Shown here piece after piece: positions 20,480-30,392 of a DNA stretch of 64,000 bases (the stretch's first letter is position 1; every line of letters starts with the position of its first letter). A program made the translations under genes and the position numbers. This stretch comes from an uncultured Acidobacteriota bacterium (GTDB taxonomy: Bacteria; Acidobacteriota; UBA6911), in assembly GCA_964474425.1 (NCBI GenBank), contig CAYYTC010000022.1, positions 1,486 through 65,485 on the forward strand, given 5' to 3'. A model generated the notes under the pieces. The model worked only from the letters and a program-made list of their open reading frames with translations, was not told where the DNA came from and made no database searches.

Positions 20480-20783
20480 AGTCCTCCTAATTATCGACAG
20501 ATTCATTAAATAGGAATATATCTCCAGTGAAATATTTGTTCAGATTGGGGTATTTCCCTGCAGCAGTCGGACCGGTCCGCGGGCTCAAATGTATTTCCTA
20601 AGGGTGGCGCAAAGGGTGGATGTCTGGTATTTTCCTCCCGTGGGAACATGCGGCTGAAATGTGTATCCTCCGTCAGGGCCAATAGATCTTTCAATGGATT
20701 GGCAGACTCAGCCAAATCCTGGATGTGATGGGGTGGAAGGCAGCCTCCTTCCGCCTGAAGGAAGAAGCAGGCCAAGGCACACT

Positions 20784-22088
20784 ATGGCAAATTCGCGCAG
20801 CGTCCACATCCTGGCCAAACCGATCGGACCGATCTGCAACCTGAACTGCAGCTATTGCTATTACCTTGAAAAAGAATGGCTTTATCCGCCCCGGGCAAAA
20901 ATCTCGGATTGGATAATGCCCGAGCAGATACTCGAGGAATTCGTCCGGCAATACATACAATTGCATCCATCCCCGACCGTAAGCTTCGCGTGGCAGGGGG
21001 GTGAGCCAACTTTGCTGGGCGTCGAATATTTCGAAAAAGTGGTCGCCCTGCAGCAGAAATACGCAAAGGGGAAACGGATCGAAAACACATTGCAGACAAA
21101 CGGCATCCTGTTGGACGACCGGTGGGGAGAGTTTCTGGCCGCAAACCGCTTTCTTGTGGGCCTGTCGATCGACGGACCACGCCATCTGCACGATTGCTGC
21201 CGCGTCGACAAAGGCGGCGCGCCGAGCTTCGATAAAGCCGTTGCCGGAATCGGCTATCTTAAAAAACACGGGGTGGAATTCAACACGCTCACCGTCGTGC
21301 AGAAAAAGAACTCCCTGCACCCCCTGGAGGTCTATCGCTTTCTCAAAGAAGCAGGAAGCGGCTTCATTCAGTTCATACCCATCGTGGAACGTGTGGCAGG
21401 CGACGAGGACTCGCGCTTTTTAGCCTCGCCTCACTCACCTGGACCGGCCCGTATTTCGCGCTGGTCTGTCGAGCCGCTGCAGTACGGGAAGTTTCTTTGC
21501 GCGGTCTTTGACGATTGGGTGCGCCATGATGTCGGGAAAGTGTTTGTCCAGCTCTTTGACGTAACACTGGAAGCCTGGGTTGGAAGAGAACCCGGCGTCT
21601 GTGTATTTCAGCCCACGTGTGGGTCCGCCCTGGTAATCGAGCACAACGGCGATGTCTATTCCTGCGATCATTACGTTTATCCCGAAAACAGGCTGGGAAA
21701 CATCATGGACCAGCCCCTCGGGTCCATGGTGGGCTCTCCGGATCAAACGCAATTCGGCCGGAACAAACGGGAACGGTTGCCCCGTCCATGTCTGGAGTGC
21801 GGCGTCCGATTTGCATGCAACGGCGAGTGCCCGAAACATCGTTTTGTATCGACACCCGACGGAGGAAACAGCCTGAATTATCTCTGCCCTGCCTATAAGC
21901 TGTTTTTCACGCACGTGGGTCCCTGCATGGAATTCATGGCTGCGGAGCTGCGCGCGGAGCAGCCTCCCTCAAACGTCATGGCGTGGATCCATGAAGGCCG
22001 TACGGGCGGTCAAAAAAAGCCGGGAAGAAACGATCCCTGCCCGTGCGGAAGCGGCCTCAAATACAAGCGCTGCTGTGGAAAAAACTGA
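20784..22088 (+). CDS. Anaerobic sulfatase-maturating enzyme (radical SAM with SPASM domain), with a C-terminal SEC-C zinc-ribbon tail
   Basis: CNLNCSYCYY (CX3CX2C) radical-SAM motif. Cys-rich SPASM region. C-terminus KPGRNDPCPCGSGLKYKRCCGKN. Start at the internal ATG 20784. Confidence 0.8.
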   Translation: MANSRSVHILAKPIGPICNLNCSYCYYLEKEWLYPPRAKISDWIMPEQILEEFVRQYIQLHPSPTVSFAWQGGEPTLLGVEYFEKVVALQQKYAKGKRIENTLQTNGILLDDRWGEFLAANRFLVGLSIDGPRHLHDCCRVDKGGAPSFDKAVAGIGYLKKHGVEFNTLTVVQKKNSLHPLEVYRFLKEAGSGFIQFIPIVERVAGDEDSRFLASPHSPGPARISRWSVEPLQYGKFLCAVFDDWVRHDVGKVFVQLFDVTLEAWVGREPGVCVFQPTCGSALVIEHNGDVYSCDHYVYPENRLGNIMDQPLGSMVGSPDQTQFGRNKRERLPRPCLECGVRFACNGECPKHRFVSTPDGGNSLNYLCPAYKLFFTHVGPCMEFMAAELRAEQPPSNVMAWIHEGRTGGQKKPGRNDPCPCGSGLKYKRCCGKN

Positions 22089-22209
22089 AATCCATGGTCC
22101 TGCGCCGCGGACATGCGCGGACAATTGATATTTGTGTTTCTCTCAGCGTTCTTCCGCGCTCGAGTCGGCGTCTGTCCGCGTTAGGCAAAAACAAGATGCT
22201 CCCCCGAAG

Positions 22210-23616
22210 CTACTTCATTTCGTTGCCGTAATGATCGGCCAACTGATCTGCGGAAAAGGTCGCCGAGGAAGCTTTGGGATCCTCGGGCAGCATGGTTGTA
22301 TTCCATGATTCGTAGTCCGATTTGAGTTGTGCGAAAACCGCCGGCTGCTTCTGTTTCAGATTGGCTCTTTCGAGCGAGTCATCCACAACGTTGAACAGGA
22401 ATTCGTTTTTGCCGATCTTCAGATACTTCATGTCTCCGTCGCGGACCGCTCGCTGCCCGGCATACTTGTAGCGCCAGAAAAGCTTGCGGGCGACGGGAGC
22501 CGCGTTCCGCGTGAGAACCGGGGCAAGACTGATCCCGTCCGGGGCAAAATCAGGTTGCGACGAAACTCCAGCTAGCTCCAGGAGCGTCGGCATCCAGTCC
22601 ATTGAAATCGCCACCTGGCCGGTGGTTTTGCCCGCACGAATGCGTCCGGGCCAGCGCACCATCGCCGCGACTCTCAAGCCGCCCTCCAGGAGCTCGGTTT
22701 TCTTGCCTGTGAACGGCCACGTGTCGGAAAAACGCTCGCCTCCATTGTCGCTGGTAAAAATCACGATAGTATTTTTTGCGATACCGGCCGCTTCCAGTGC
22801 TTTCAGGACTCGGCCGACCTGCAAATCCAGCTGCCCGACCATACGCGCGAACGTTTTTATGGATCCCCCATCCAGGTGATAAATAGAGCCGAGATTGCGC
22901 GCCACCTCTTCATCCCCGGGCGCTTCCCAGGGCCAATGAGGGGCGGTGAAATGCAGGCTCAGGAATAAAGGCCGTTTGCTTTTCGCACAGCTGCCGATTA
23001 CTTTCACGGCCTGATCCCCAAGGAGATCCGTCAAATAGCCCTCGCGCTGGATCCTTTCATCGTCCTCCCAGAGATCAACGGGGATGTTTTCGCCGGTGCC
23101 GAACTTATGCGTGAAGTAATCCACTCCCCCGCCTCTTATGCCCCAGAAATGGTCGTAGCCGCTCTTGAGCGGGCCGAAATTGGGCGGATTTCCCAGATGC
23201 CATTTCCCAATCAGCGAGGTTGCGTAGCCTGCCTTTTTCAGCATGGAAGGCAGCGTAGGGTGTTCGGGAGGAAGGCCGACATCTCTCATGCCGAGCGGTT
23301 CCTCCAGCCCGACAGGCAATCGGTATTGATAACGGCCCGTAATCAGGGCCGCCCGGGTGGCGGAACACACCGAGGAGTTTGCATATGCCTGGGTGAATTT
23401 CGTGCCTCCGGCGGCAATCCGGTCGATATTCGGAGTGCTGAAATCGCGCCGCCCGTAGCAGGAAAGGTCCGCGTAGCCCAGATCGTCGGCCATGATGAAA
23501 ACGATATTGGGGGGAGGACCTGCCGCCCCGGCCAGAGTGTTTCCCAGGGCCAGGGCAAAAGGGGCTGCCGATGCTTTGAGCAAATTTCTTCGAGTCATGC
23601 AAGACCTGTCGGTCAT
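22210..23616 (-). CDS. Sulfatase (arylsulfatase family) with a Tat-type signal peptide
   Basis: MTDRSCMTRRNLLKASAAPFALALG twin-arginine signal. Sulfatase core (IVFIMADDLGYADL..., SVCSATRAALITGR = C-S-A-T-R formylglycine motif). GAGGAGG RBS before the ATG 23616. Convergent with the maturase gene. Confidence 0.85.
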   Translation of the reverse strand: MTDRSCMTRRNLLKASAAPFALALGNTLAGAAGPPPNIVFIMADDLGYADLSCYGRRDFSTPNIDRIAAGGTKFTQAYANSSVCSATRAALITGRYQYRLPVGLEEPLGMRDVGLPPEHPTLPSMLKKAGYATSLIGKWHLGNPPNFGPLKSGYDHFWGIRGGGVDYFTHKFGTGENIPVDLWEDDERIQREGYLTDLLGDQAVKVIGSCAKSKRPLFLSLHFTAPHWPWEAPGDEEVARNLGSIYHLDGGSIKTFARMVGQLDLQVGRVLKALEAAGIAKNTIVIFTSDNGGERFSDTWPFTGKKTELLEGGLRVAAMVRWPGRIRAGKTTGQVAISMDWMPTLLELAGVSSQPDFAPDGISLAPVLTRNAAPVARKLFWRYKYAGQRAVRDGDMKYLKIGKNEFLFNVVDDSLERANLKQKQPAVFAQLKSDYESWNTTMLPEDPKASSATFSADQLADHYGNEMK

Positions 23617-23626
23617 AAGCGCCTCC

Positions 23627-24457
23627 TCATCCGTTTTTGCCATCTGCCGGACTCCTCTCCAAATGCGCGCCGTGAATCCAGCGGAAGACCGTATCCCGCC
23701 TTTCCTCGTCCGGCTTCCTCCTGCCGCGCAGATCATCCAGGCTGCTTTCCATGTTCTGATAGACATCCTGCATGAGCTTGTGTTTTTCCCCCTTCACATA
23801 CGATGAAAGATCGATAGGACTGCCAATCTTGATCCGTATGATGACGCCCGGGTTTACCTGCAGCGTTTTGGGCATGATCACACGGTAGCTGCCCTCCAGC
23901 GTAATCGGGATCAGGGGGACGCCTGTGCGCAGCGCAAGGGAAAAGGCGCCGCTGTGGAATTTTCCCAGTCCTCCCGTCCGGCTGCGGGTTCCTTCCGGGA
24001 AGGCGATGGCATTCACCCCGCCCTGGATTGCCCGCGCGGCCTCAATGATGCTCCGGGCGGCTTCACGGGGATTTTCGCGGTCGATGGCGATGTAGCCGGA
24101 CCGCTTCATATGCCAGCCCATGAAAGGCACCCGGAAAAGGGGTTTTTTGGCAATCCAACGGAACTGGATGGGCAGGAGGGCCGACAGCGAGAGGATGTCG
24201 TGCAGCCCGCTGTGGTTGGCGACGAAAATCTGGGGACGGCCCCGGTCAATGTGCTCCATGCCCTCGATATCGACACGGGCGCGGCTCAGCCACAGATTAT
24301 CCCGGGACCACCGGCGCATGCAGTAGTGCTGAAGTCTGCCGCTGCCCGACACCAGGCTGCCCAGTATTGAAACGGTGGCCCAGAATGCAGTGCTCAGGCC
24401 GCATCCCGTCCAGCACCAGATGGTAAAAAGCCGGGCTTTGAGTCGTTCCATTCCCAA
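23627..24457 (-). CDS. plsC: 1-acyl-sn-glycerol-3-phosphate acyltransferase (LPLAT family)
   Basis: NHSGLHD (HX4D) and FPEGTRS motifs. Confidence 0.75.
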   Translation of the reverse strand: MGMERLKARLFTIWCWTGCGLSTAFWATVSILGSLVSGSGRLQHYCMRRWSRDNLWLSRARVDIEGMEHIDRGRPQIFVANHSGLHDILSLSALLPIQFRWIAKKPLFRVPFMGWHMKRSGYIAIDRENPREAARSIIEAARAIQGGVNAIAFPEGTRSRTGGLGKFHSGAFSLALRTGVPLIPITLEGSYRVIMPKTLQVNPGVIIRIKIGSPIDLSSYVKGEKHKLMQDVYQNMESSLDDLRGRRKPDEERRDTVFRWIHGAHLERSPADGKNG

Positions 24458-24622
24458 GAATTTATCACAAGCAGACGGACCGGGACCTCAGAAAAAGCGG
24501 ACGATGATTGCAGGGATTTTGCGGATGAAATATATCCTTCCTGATGCCATGAGCGCTGCTTCGATGAAACAGGGAAAATGCCCGCTGTTCTTCAAAAATA
24601 TTCCGACAATTCCGCAGCGTAA

Positions 24623-25017
24623 GTCAGGTACCTCCGGCAAAGCCGGAGGCCTGAAAGATTTGTATCGCTCAAAGCGGTTGGAGGAGTTATGCCGGTCTTG
24701 AACGCTGACTTACGCGGGCAAAAGCCGATGAGGCGCTTCCGATCCCCGCAGGGGCCAGCGCTCCGCGCTGGACAGTTTTCTGCGGCGGCACTGTGGCAAG
24801 CGCCGTGCGGCAAGGAGATGAAGGGCATGAGAAACCGGGCGTTTGCCACAGTGCCGCCGCAGAAAACTCCATCGGAAGCGCCTCATCGGCTTTTGCTCGC
24901 CGACCCTCGCCGAACAAATCGGTGACGTTTGTCAGCGCTTTTATCAGCGTTTCAAAATACGGAGCTGTCAACCTCTTTGAGTCTCCCGGCAGAGCCGGGG
25001 GTTTACCAATGTAATTA
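24623..25017. repeat. Family-A structured repeat, copy 2, carrying a nested 129-bp insertion (24744..24872) that is itself a 24-bp-stem hairpin
   Basis: Aligns with 6152..6406. The central palindrome is split by an insert containing ccagcgctccgcgctgg and a perfect long hairpin ttttctgcggcggcactgtggcaa...(43-nt loop)...ttgccacagtgccgccgcagaaaa (24776..24866). Ends in an intact TAATTA empty site. Confidence 0.8.
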
Positions 25018-26433
25018 TTTGGGCACGATCCCGTCCCGGAGCGCGCGTTTTCGAGCATTCCAGAAGTAGAAAACCGGCATGCCCGTCATGACTATCAGGA
25101 GGCCCGGCCAGGTAAATTTCGGCTTTACCCAGAGAAGATCCAGCATCACCAGCGATGCCATGATGATGTATACCCCGGGCAGCACGGGGTAGCCGAACGC
25201 TCTATAGGGCCGATCCAGGTCCGGGCGCTTCCTGCGCAGAACAAAAAGCCCGCACACCGTCAGCACGTAAAACAGCAGGGCGGCAAAAATTACATAGTCC
25301 AAAAGATCGCTGTACGTGCCGCTGAGCACCAAAATCGACGCCCAGGCAGCCTGGAAAATGAGGGAAAAAACCGGAGTATGGGTTTTGGGTGAGATCCTTG
25401 CGGCCCGCTCGAAAAATAGCCCGTCCGACGCCATCGCATAGTAAACACGGGCGCCGGCCAGTATAAGGCCGTTCGCGCATCCAAACGTCGAAACCAGGAT
25501 GGCCAGATTGATGAAAGTCAGTCCCCAGGGGCCCATCAGCCCCTGCGCGGCCAGCGTGCCCACGCGGTCTTCCGGCGCCGATGCGATGGCGGCCAGCGGC
25601 AAAACCTTCAGATAGACTATATTGGTGCAGATATAGATCACGGAAACAACCGCCGTCCCGACAAACAAAGATAAAGGCAGGTTGCGTTTCGGATTTACGA
25701 CCTCGCTGCCGGTGAAAGTAACATTGTTCCAGGCATCCGAGGAAAACAGCGAACCGACGAGCGTGCCGCCCAAAAGGGCTAGTACCGACAGGCTGATCGA
25801 GGCAGGAAAAAGCGAACCGAAATTCTCCCGGACTGCCTCCGGGTTTCCGGGGAGCAACAGCCCCAGCATCACGAGCACCAGCAGTCCCCCCAGCTTCGCG
25901 CCCGTAAAGATGTTCTGCACGGTCGCGCCTTCCCGCAACCCCAGGCAATTCACCCAGGTGAGCAGGGCCACGACCAGGATAGCCGTGCAATGCTGGCTGG
26001 AGATTTGAAATCCGAAAGGCAGAGTCAGGATGATCCGTGACGCGGACACCCAGGGCACAAAAATTCCGATAAACTTGGCAAAGGCCACCACAACAGCCGC
26101 TATCGTGCCGGTTTGAATGACCAGGAAAAGCGTCCAGCCGTAAAGGAATCCAGAGAGAGGGCCGAAGGCTTCGCGGAGAAACACATATTGTCCGCCTGCC
26201 TTGGGCATCGCGGCCGCCAACTCGCCGTAACACAACGCCGCCATCACCGTCATTGCGGCGGCGAGCACCCAGGACAGCAACAACAATCCCGGCGACAGGG
26301 TCGCACGCGCCATATCGGCCGAAACAATAAATATGCCGGATCCGATCATGCTACCCACGATGATGGCGGTCGCATCGAAGAGCTTGAGCCCCTGCACGAG
26401 CTGGTTGGCTTTGCCGACGTTACCCTCGGGCAT
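25015..26433 (-). CDS. APC-family amino acid permease
   Basis: 12-TM transporter with an APC-like N-terminal region (LKLFDATAIIVGSMIGSGIF). Confidence 0.8.
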   Translation of the reverse strand: MPEGNVGKANQLVQGLKLFDATAIIVGSMIGSGIFIVSADMARATLSPGLLLLSWVLAAAMTVMAALCYGELAAAMPKAGGQYVFLREAFGPLSGFLYGWTLFLVIQTGTIAAVVVAFAKFIGIFVPWVSASRIILTLPFGFQISSQHCTAILVVALLTWVNCLGLREGATVQNIFTGAKLGGLLVLVMLGLLLPGNPEAVRENFGSLFPASISLSVLALLGGTLVGSLFSSDAWNNVTFTGSEVVNPKRNLPLSLFVGTAVVSVIYICTNIVYLKVLPLAAIASAPEDRVGTLAAQGLMGPWGLTFINLAILVSTFGCANGLILAGARVYYAMASDGLFFERAARISPKTHTPVFSLIFQAAWASILVLSGTYSDLLDYVIFAALLFYVLTVCGLFVLRRKRPDLDRPYRAFGYPVLPGVYIIMASLVMLDLLWVKPKFTWPGLLIVMTGMPVFYFWNARKRALRDGIVPK

Positions 26434-26532
26434 GAATTTGTCCCCTGAATACACCACGATCCATCCCTGGTGATCCGCGATTGGATCATGCGGGTATTTG
26501 AACAAAATTTCTACATCGGGCCCCGTTGTGTT

Positions 26533-26748
26533 TTACGTTCTTTCCTGCTCGATTCTAAATCCGACCTTAAGGACGACCTGATACTCCACAACCTTCGCGT
26601 CTTTGATATGGCCGCGCTGTTCGATGACCTCGAACCAGTCCATGTGGCGCACGGTTTTAGAAGCTTCAGCAATCGCTGATTGAACCGCTTCGGAAAAACC
26701 GGCCGGCGAAGTCCCGACGATTTCAATTTTTTTATATGTTCCGGGCAT
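26533..26748 (-). CDS. Dodecin-family flavin-binding protein
   Basis: 71 aa: MPGTYKKIEIVGTSPAGFSEAVQSAIAEASKTVRHMDWFEVIEQRGHIKDAKVVEYQVVLKVGFRIE. GGAGGT RBS. Confidence 0.7.
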   Translation of the reverse strand: MPGTYKKIEIVGTSPAGFSEAVQSAIAEASKTVRHMDWFEVIEQRGHIKDAKVVEYQVVLKVGFRIEQERT

Positions 26749-26852
26749 GCGGATACCTCCTTGAATTGTGCCCATCATAAGCGAAAAAGGTGACAGGCGG
26801 CAATTTATCAGTATATAAAATAGCAAGAGGGGTGCCGGGGACCGATTACCCT

Positions 26853-28040
26853 ATGGAACTGCTGCCGCGAAGTGAAGCTGAAATCAGGTTAGGGCGGATA
26901 CAGGAGCAAATGCAGGAATCCTCCGTGGACGCTGTCTTCATCCTGCAGAATGCGGACCTGTACTATTTTTCCGGGACGATTCAACGAGGCCTGCTCTGCC
27001 TTCCCCGTGAAGGAAAACCCCTTTACCTCGTGACCAAAAGCCTGAGCCGGGCCAGGTCCGAGGCCGCCTGGGATCGTATTTTCCCCATGACCAGGCTGGA
27101 GGATGCCCCGCGTATCCTGGAAACAGCGGGGATCCACTGCCTGAAACGGGTGGGACTTGAAATGGATGTCCTGCCGTCCGCCTATTATTTCCGGCTGGCA
27201 AGGACGTTTCCCGGCACGGAGTTCCTGGACATATCCGGGACCATCCGAAAAATCCGGATGATCAAGTCACCCTATGAAGTCGGCCAGATACGGAATGCCG
27301 CACGGATGATCCTGCAAGCTTGGCAGGAGCTGCCCTCCTGGATACGCCCCGGCGTTTCCGAGCTGGAAGTGCTGGCGCGGATGGAACAGTACCTGCGTCT
27401 TCACGGGCACCAGGGGATCCAGCGCACGCGCGGTTTCAACTATGAGGTTGGCTACGGCGCATTTTCAGCGGGCGCCAGTGCCTGTTTCCCAACCTCCTTC
27501 CCGGGCGCCACGGGATTCATGGGCTTATACCCGGCGATCTCCAACACGGGCAGCGTGCACCGTCTGAAGCCGGGGGAACCTTTGCTGGTCGATATATCCG
27601 GCGGCTACGGCGGATATCTGGCCGACGCCGCCCGCACCTTTGTCCTGGGCGATCTCGAGCCGGACCTGCGAAAAGCCCACGAGTTTGTGGTGGCGCTGAA
27701 CGGCGAAATTGAATCGATGCTGATGCCGGGCGTCGAATGCCGTGAGATCTGCGAGCACGCTTTCAGTAAAGCGGAGACCGCTCTGTCCGCGGGCGTTTTC
27801 ATGGGGGCGGGAGACAACCATCTGCGCTATATCGGACACGGCGTCGGATTGGAGCTGGACGAACTGCCGGTTCTAGCACCCGGAAGCGACGCAATTCTGG
27901 AACCCGGCATGACCCTGGCCATCGAGCCCAAGGTTTTTTTCCCCGATCGCGGAGGCGTGGGGATCGAGAATATGTACCGGATCACGGAAACCGGGTTCGA
28001 AAAACTCACTCCCTATCCCGAAGATGTGATCGTTATTTAA
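26853..28040 (+). CDS. M24-family Xaa-Pro aminopeptidase/creatinase-like peptidase
   Basis: Pita-bread-fold metal ligands (D...D...H...E...E). Creatinase-like N-terminal domain. Confidence 0.75.
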   Translation: MELLPRSEAEIRLGRIQEQMQESSVDAVFILQNADLYYFSGTIQRGLLCLPREGKPLYLVTKSLSRARSEAAWDRIFPMTRLEDAPRILETAGIHCLKRVGLEMDVLPSAYYFRLARTFPGTEFLDISGTIRKIRMIKSPYEVGQIRNAARMILQAWQELPSWIRPGVSELEVLARMEQYLRLHGHQGIQRTRGFNYEVGYGAFSAGASACFPTSFPGATGFMGLYPAISNTGSVHRLKPGEPLLVDISGGYGGYLADAARTFVLGDLEPDLRKAHEFVVALNGEIESMLMPGVECREICEHAFSKAETALSAGVFMGAGDNHLRYIGHGVGLELDELPVLAPGSDAILEPGMTLAIEPKVFFPDRGGVGIENMYRITETGFEKLTPYPEDVIVI

Positions 28041-28072
28041 GGTTCGGCACCGGGAGTCGCCGCATATGTTTT

Positions 28073-28576
28073 TCAGCGTTTCTCGGAGCTTTCGTCAGCG
28101 CAAATCCGAGCTGTTCCTGGAGTTTCCCGCCGCTTTTTTTCGGCTTCCTCCAGCCACCCCCGGCGCGTTTTTTCGATGGAAACACTGGACGTATAGGGCT
28201 TGATGTCGAGCACGGGAGTCCCGTCCAGCATGTCAATCCCTTTAAGGTGAAGCGAGGCTCCTTCCCGCTTCACAAGCTCAACGGTGGTAAGCCCGATGGC
28301 ATTGGGACGCCGCGGAGACCGGGTGGCAAAAACCCCGTGGACCAGTCCATCGGTGGGATTTTTTCCCACAAGCTCGAAGTCCCGCGACTTGTGAAAAATC
28401 CAGAGGATCATCAGGTGGGAGAAGCCCTCGATATCCTTAAGACCCGCCTCAAACTCGGGCAGGACCTCAAGCACCCCCTCCATCGTGTGGGTCGTACCGA
28501 GACCTTTGGGCACTTCCTGAGCATCCCTATAGGGACTGCGGATGTATCCGATCGGCTGCATTTTCCATTCTTTCAT
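28073..28576 (-). CDS. trmO: tRNA (adenine37-N6)-methyltransferase TrmO/TsaA (YaeB family)
   Basis: IGYIRSPY start and a TsaA-like beta-barrel domain. Confidence 0.75.
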   Translation of the reverse strand: MKEWKMQPIGYIRSPYRDAQEVPKGLGTTHTMEGVLEVLPEFEAGLKDIEGFSHLMILWIFHKSRDFELVGKNPTDGLVHGVFATRSPRRPNAIGLTTVELVKREGASLHLKGIDMLDGTPVLDIKPYTSSVSIEKTRRGWLEEAEKKRRETPGTARICADESSEKR

Positions 28577-28715
28577 GCGACTGTTTTAGCAAAACAGGGC
28601 CACCGATTGCACGCCTAATCGGAGGAACCGGCTGCGCTTATCCGGCGATGGTTGAAATGGGCGGTGGGATTCCCTATGATGTGCCTTTTGAAAAACATCG
28701 GGAGTATCAACAGCC

Positions 28716-30335
28716 ATGCCATTGCCAGCCAAGGCGGAGCCAATCCAGACCCATGAAAAGCCCAACAAGCGCGCGACTGCCGAGAGTATGGCCGCGCGCC
28801 AGCGGGAGATCTCGATTTCCGAATTTTTCAGCAAAAACCGCCACCTTCTCGGATTCGATAATCCTCAGAAAGCTCTTTTGACGGCTGTCAAGGAAGCGGT
28901 GGACAACTCCCTGGACGCCTGCGAAGAAGCGGGAATCCTTCCGGTGCTCAAGGTGGATATCCAGCAGCTGGCCGAAGAACGGTTTCGGATAGCCGTGGAG
29001 GACAACGGCCCCGGCATCGTGAAAGCCCAGATACCCAAGATCTTCGGGAAGCTCCTGTATGGATCGAAATTCCACACGCTGAAGCAGGCAAGAGGGCAGC
29101 AGGGCATAGGAATTTCGGCGGCAGGCATGTACGGCCTCCTGACCACGGGGAAATCGATCGCGGTGACTTCGCGCACAGCACCGGACAAGCCGGCTCATTA
29201 CTACGAAATCCAGATAGACACGCGTAAGAATGCGCCGCAGGTCATCATGGACAAGGTGGTCGAATGGGAGCCGCCGCACGGGACAAGGGTGGGAATCGAG
29301 CTGATCGGGACCTATAAAAAGGGCCGTCATTCCGTGGACGACTACATCCGGCAGACAGCCATCGCCAATCCTCACTGCGAAATTTTCTATACCGTCCCGG
29401 AGTCGGAACAGCCTCTGCATCTCCAGAGAGGCTCCGACATGCTCCCGCCCGAGCCCCGGGAGATCAAGCCCCACCCCTATGGCGTCGAACTCGGCGTGCT
29501 CATACGAATGATGAAAGAAACGCCGGCCCGGCAGCTCAGCGCAGCGCTGCAGAAGGATTTCTCGCGCGTAAGCAGCCGCGTGGCGATGGAGATCTGCAAA
29601 GCGGCCGCTTTGAGTCCCGGGGCGAACCCGCGCACCATTGTGGTGAACGAGGCGGAGAGGCTTTATAAGGCGATCAACAGCGTGAAAATCATGAGTCCCG
29701 CCACAAATTGCCTGTCGCCCATCGGGGAGCAACAGATACTGTCGGGGCTGAAAAAAGAAATCCAGGCATCGTTTTACGCCGCCATCACCCGGGCGCCTGC
29801 CGTATACCGGGGCAATCCGTTCCAGGTGGAGGTCGGTCTGGCCTATGGAGGCAGCCTGCCCGCCGACGAACTGGTGGACCTCCTCCGATTCGCGAACCGC
29901 GTGCCGCTTCAATACCAGCAGTCGGGATGCGCCATAACCAAGGCCGTGCTCGGGATAGACTGGCGCAGTTACGGACTTTCCCAATCCAAAGGCGCCCTGC
30001 CCACGGGACCGGTGGTTTTGTTCGTGCATATCGCATCCGCATGGGTGCCTTTCACATCGGAGAGCAAAGAAGCCGTTGCGGCGTATCCGGAAATCATGCG
30101 CGAACTGCGGCGCGCCCTGCAGGATTGCGGGCGAAGGCTGGCGACCCACATCCGGGCGCATCGCCGCGAAGTGGACGAAGAGAAGAAAAAATCGTACATC
30201 GAAAAATATATCCCGCATATCGGGATTGCCCTGCGCGAAATCCTGGGGCTCTCCGAAAAGGCGGAAAAAGAGCTGGTTGCAAGACTCAAACACGTGCTCG
30301 AACGCAGCCGGTCCAGGGAGCCGATCGAGGATTGA
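28716..30335 (+). CDS. top6B: DNA topoisomerase VI subunit B (GHKL ATPase plus transducer)
   Basis: Bergerat-fold motifs (EAVDNSLDA; VEDNGPGI; GQQGIGIS). ~540 aa. Immediately upstream of the A subunit. Confidence 0.85.
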   Translation: MPLPAKAEPIQTHEKPNKRATAESMAARQREISISEFFSKNRHLLGFDNPQKALLTAVKEAVDNSLDACEEAGILPVLKVDIQQLAEERFRIAVEDNGPGIVKAQIPKIFGKLLYGSKFHTLKQARGQQGIGISAAGMYGLLTTGKSIAVTSRTAPDKPAHYYEIQIDTRKNAPQVIMDKVVEWEPPHGTRVGIELIGTYKKGRHSVDDYIRQTAIANPHCEIFYTVPESEQPLHLQRGSDMLPPEPREIKPHPYGVELGVLIRMMKETPARQLSAALQKDFSRVSSRVAMEICKAAALSPGANPRTIVVNEAERLYKAINSVKIMSPATNCLSPIGEQQILSGLKKEIQASFYAAITRAPAVYRGNPFQVEVGLAYGGSLPADELVDLLRFANRVPLQYQQSGCAITKAVLGIDWRSYGLSQSKGALPTGPVVLFVHIASAWVPFTSESKEAVAAYPEIMRELRRALQDCGRRLATHIRAHRREVDEEKKKSYIEKYIPHIGIALREILGLSEKAEKELVARLKHVLERSRSREPIED

Positions 30336-30392
30336 AGACCGAGAGAAACCGGCGGGACAACCGCCGGGGACTTCGTTTGGGGAGAATGACTG

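Noticed and set aside
25202-26233. 343-aa minus-strand ORF in an alternative frame inside the permease gene
   Set aside because: It is out of frame relative to the clear 12-TM APC transporter. The R/G/P-rich translation is a GC artefact.
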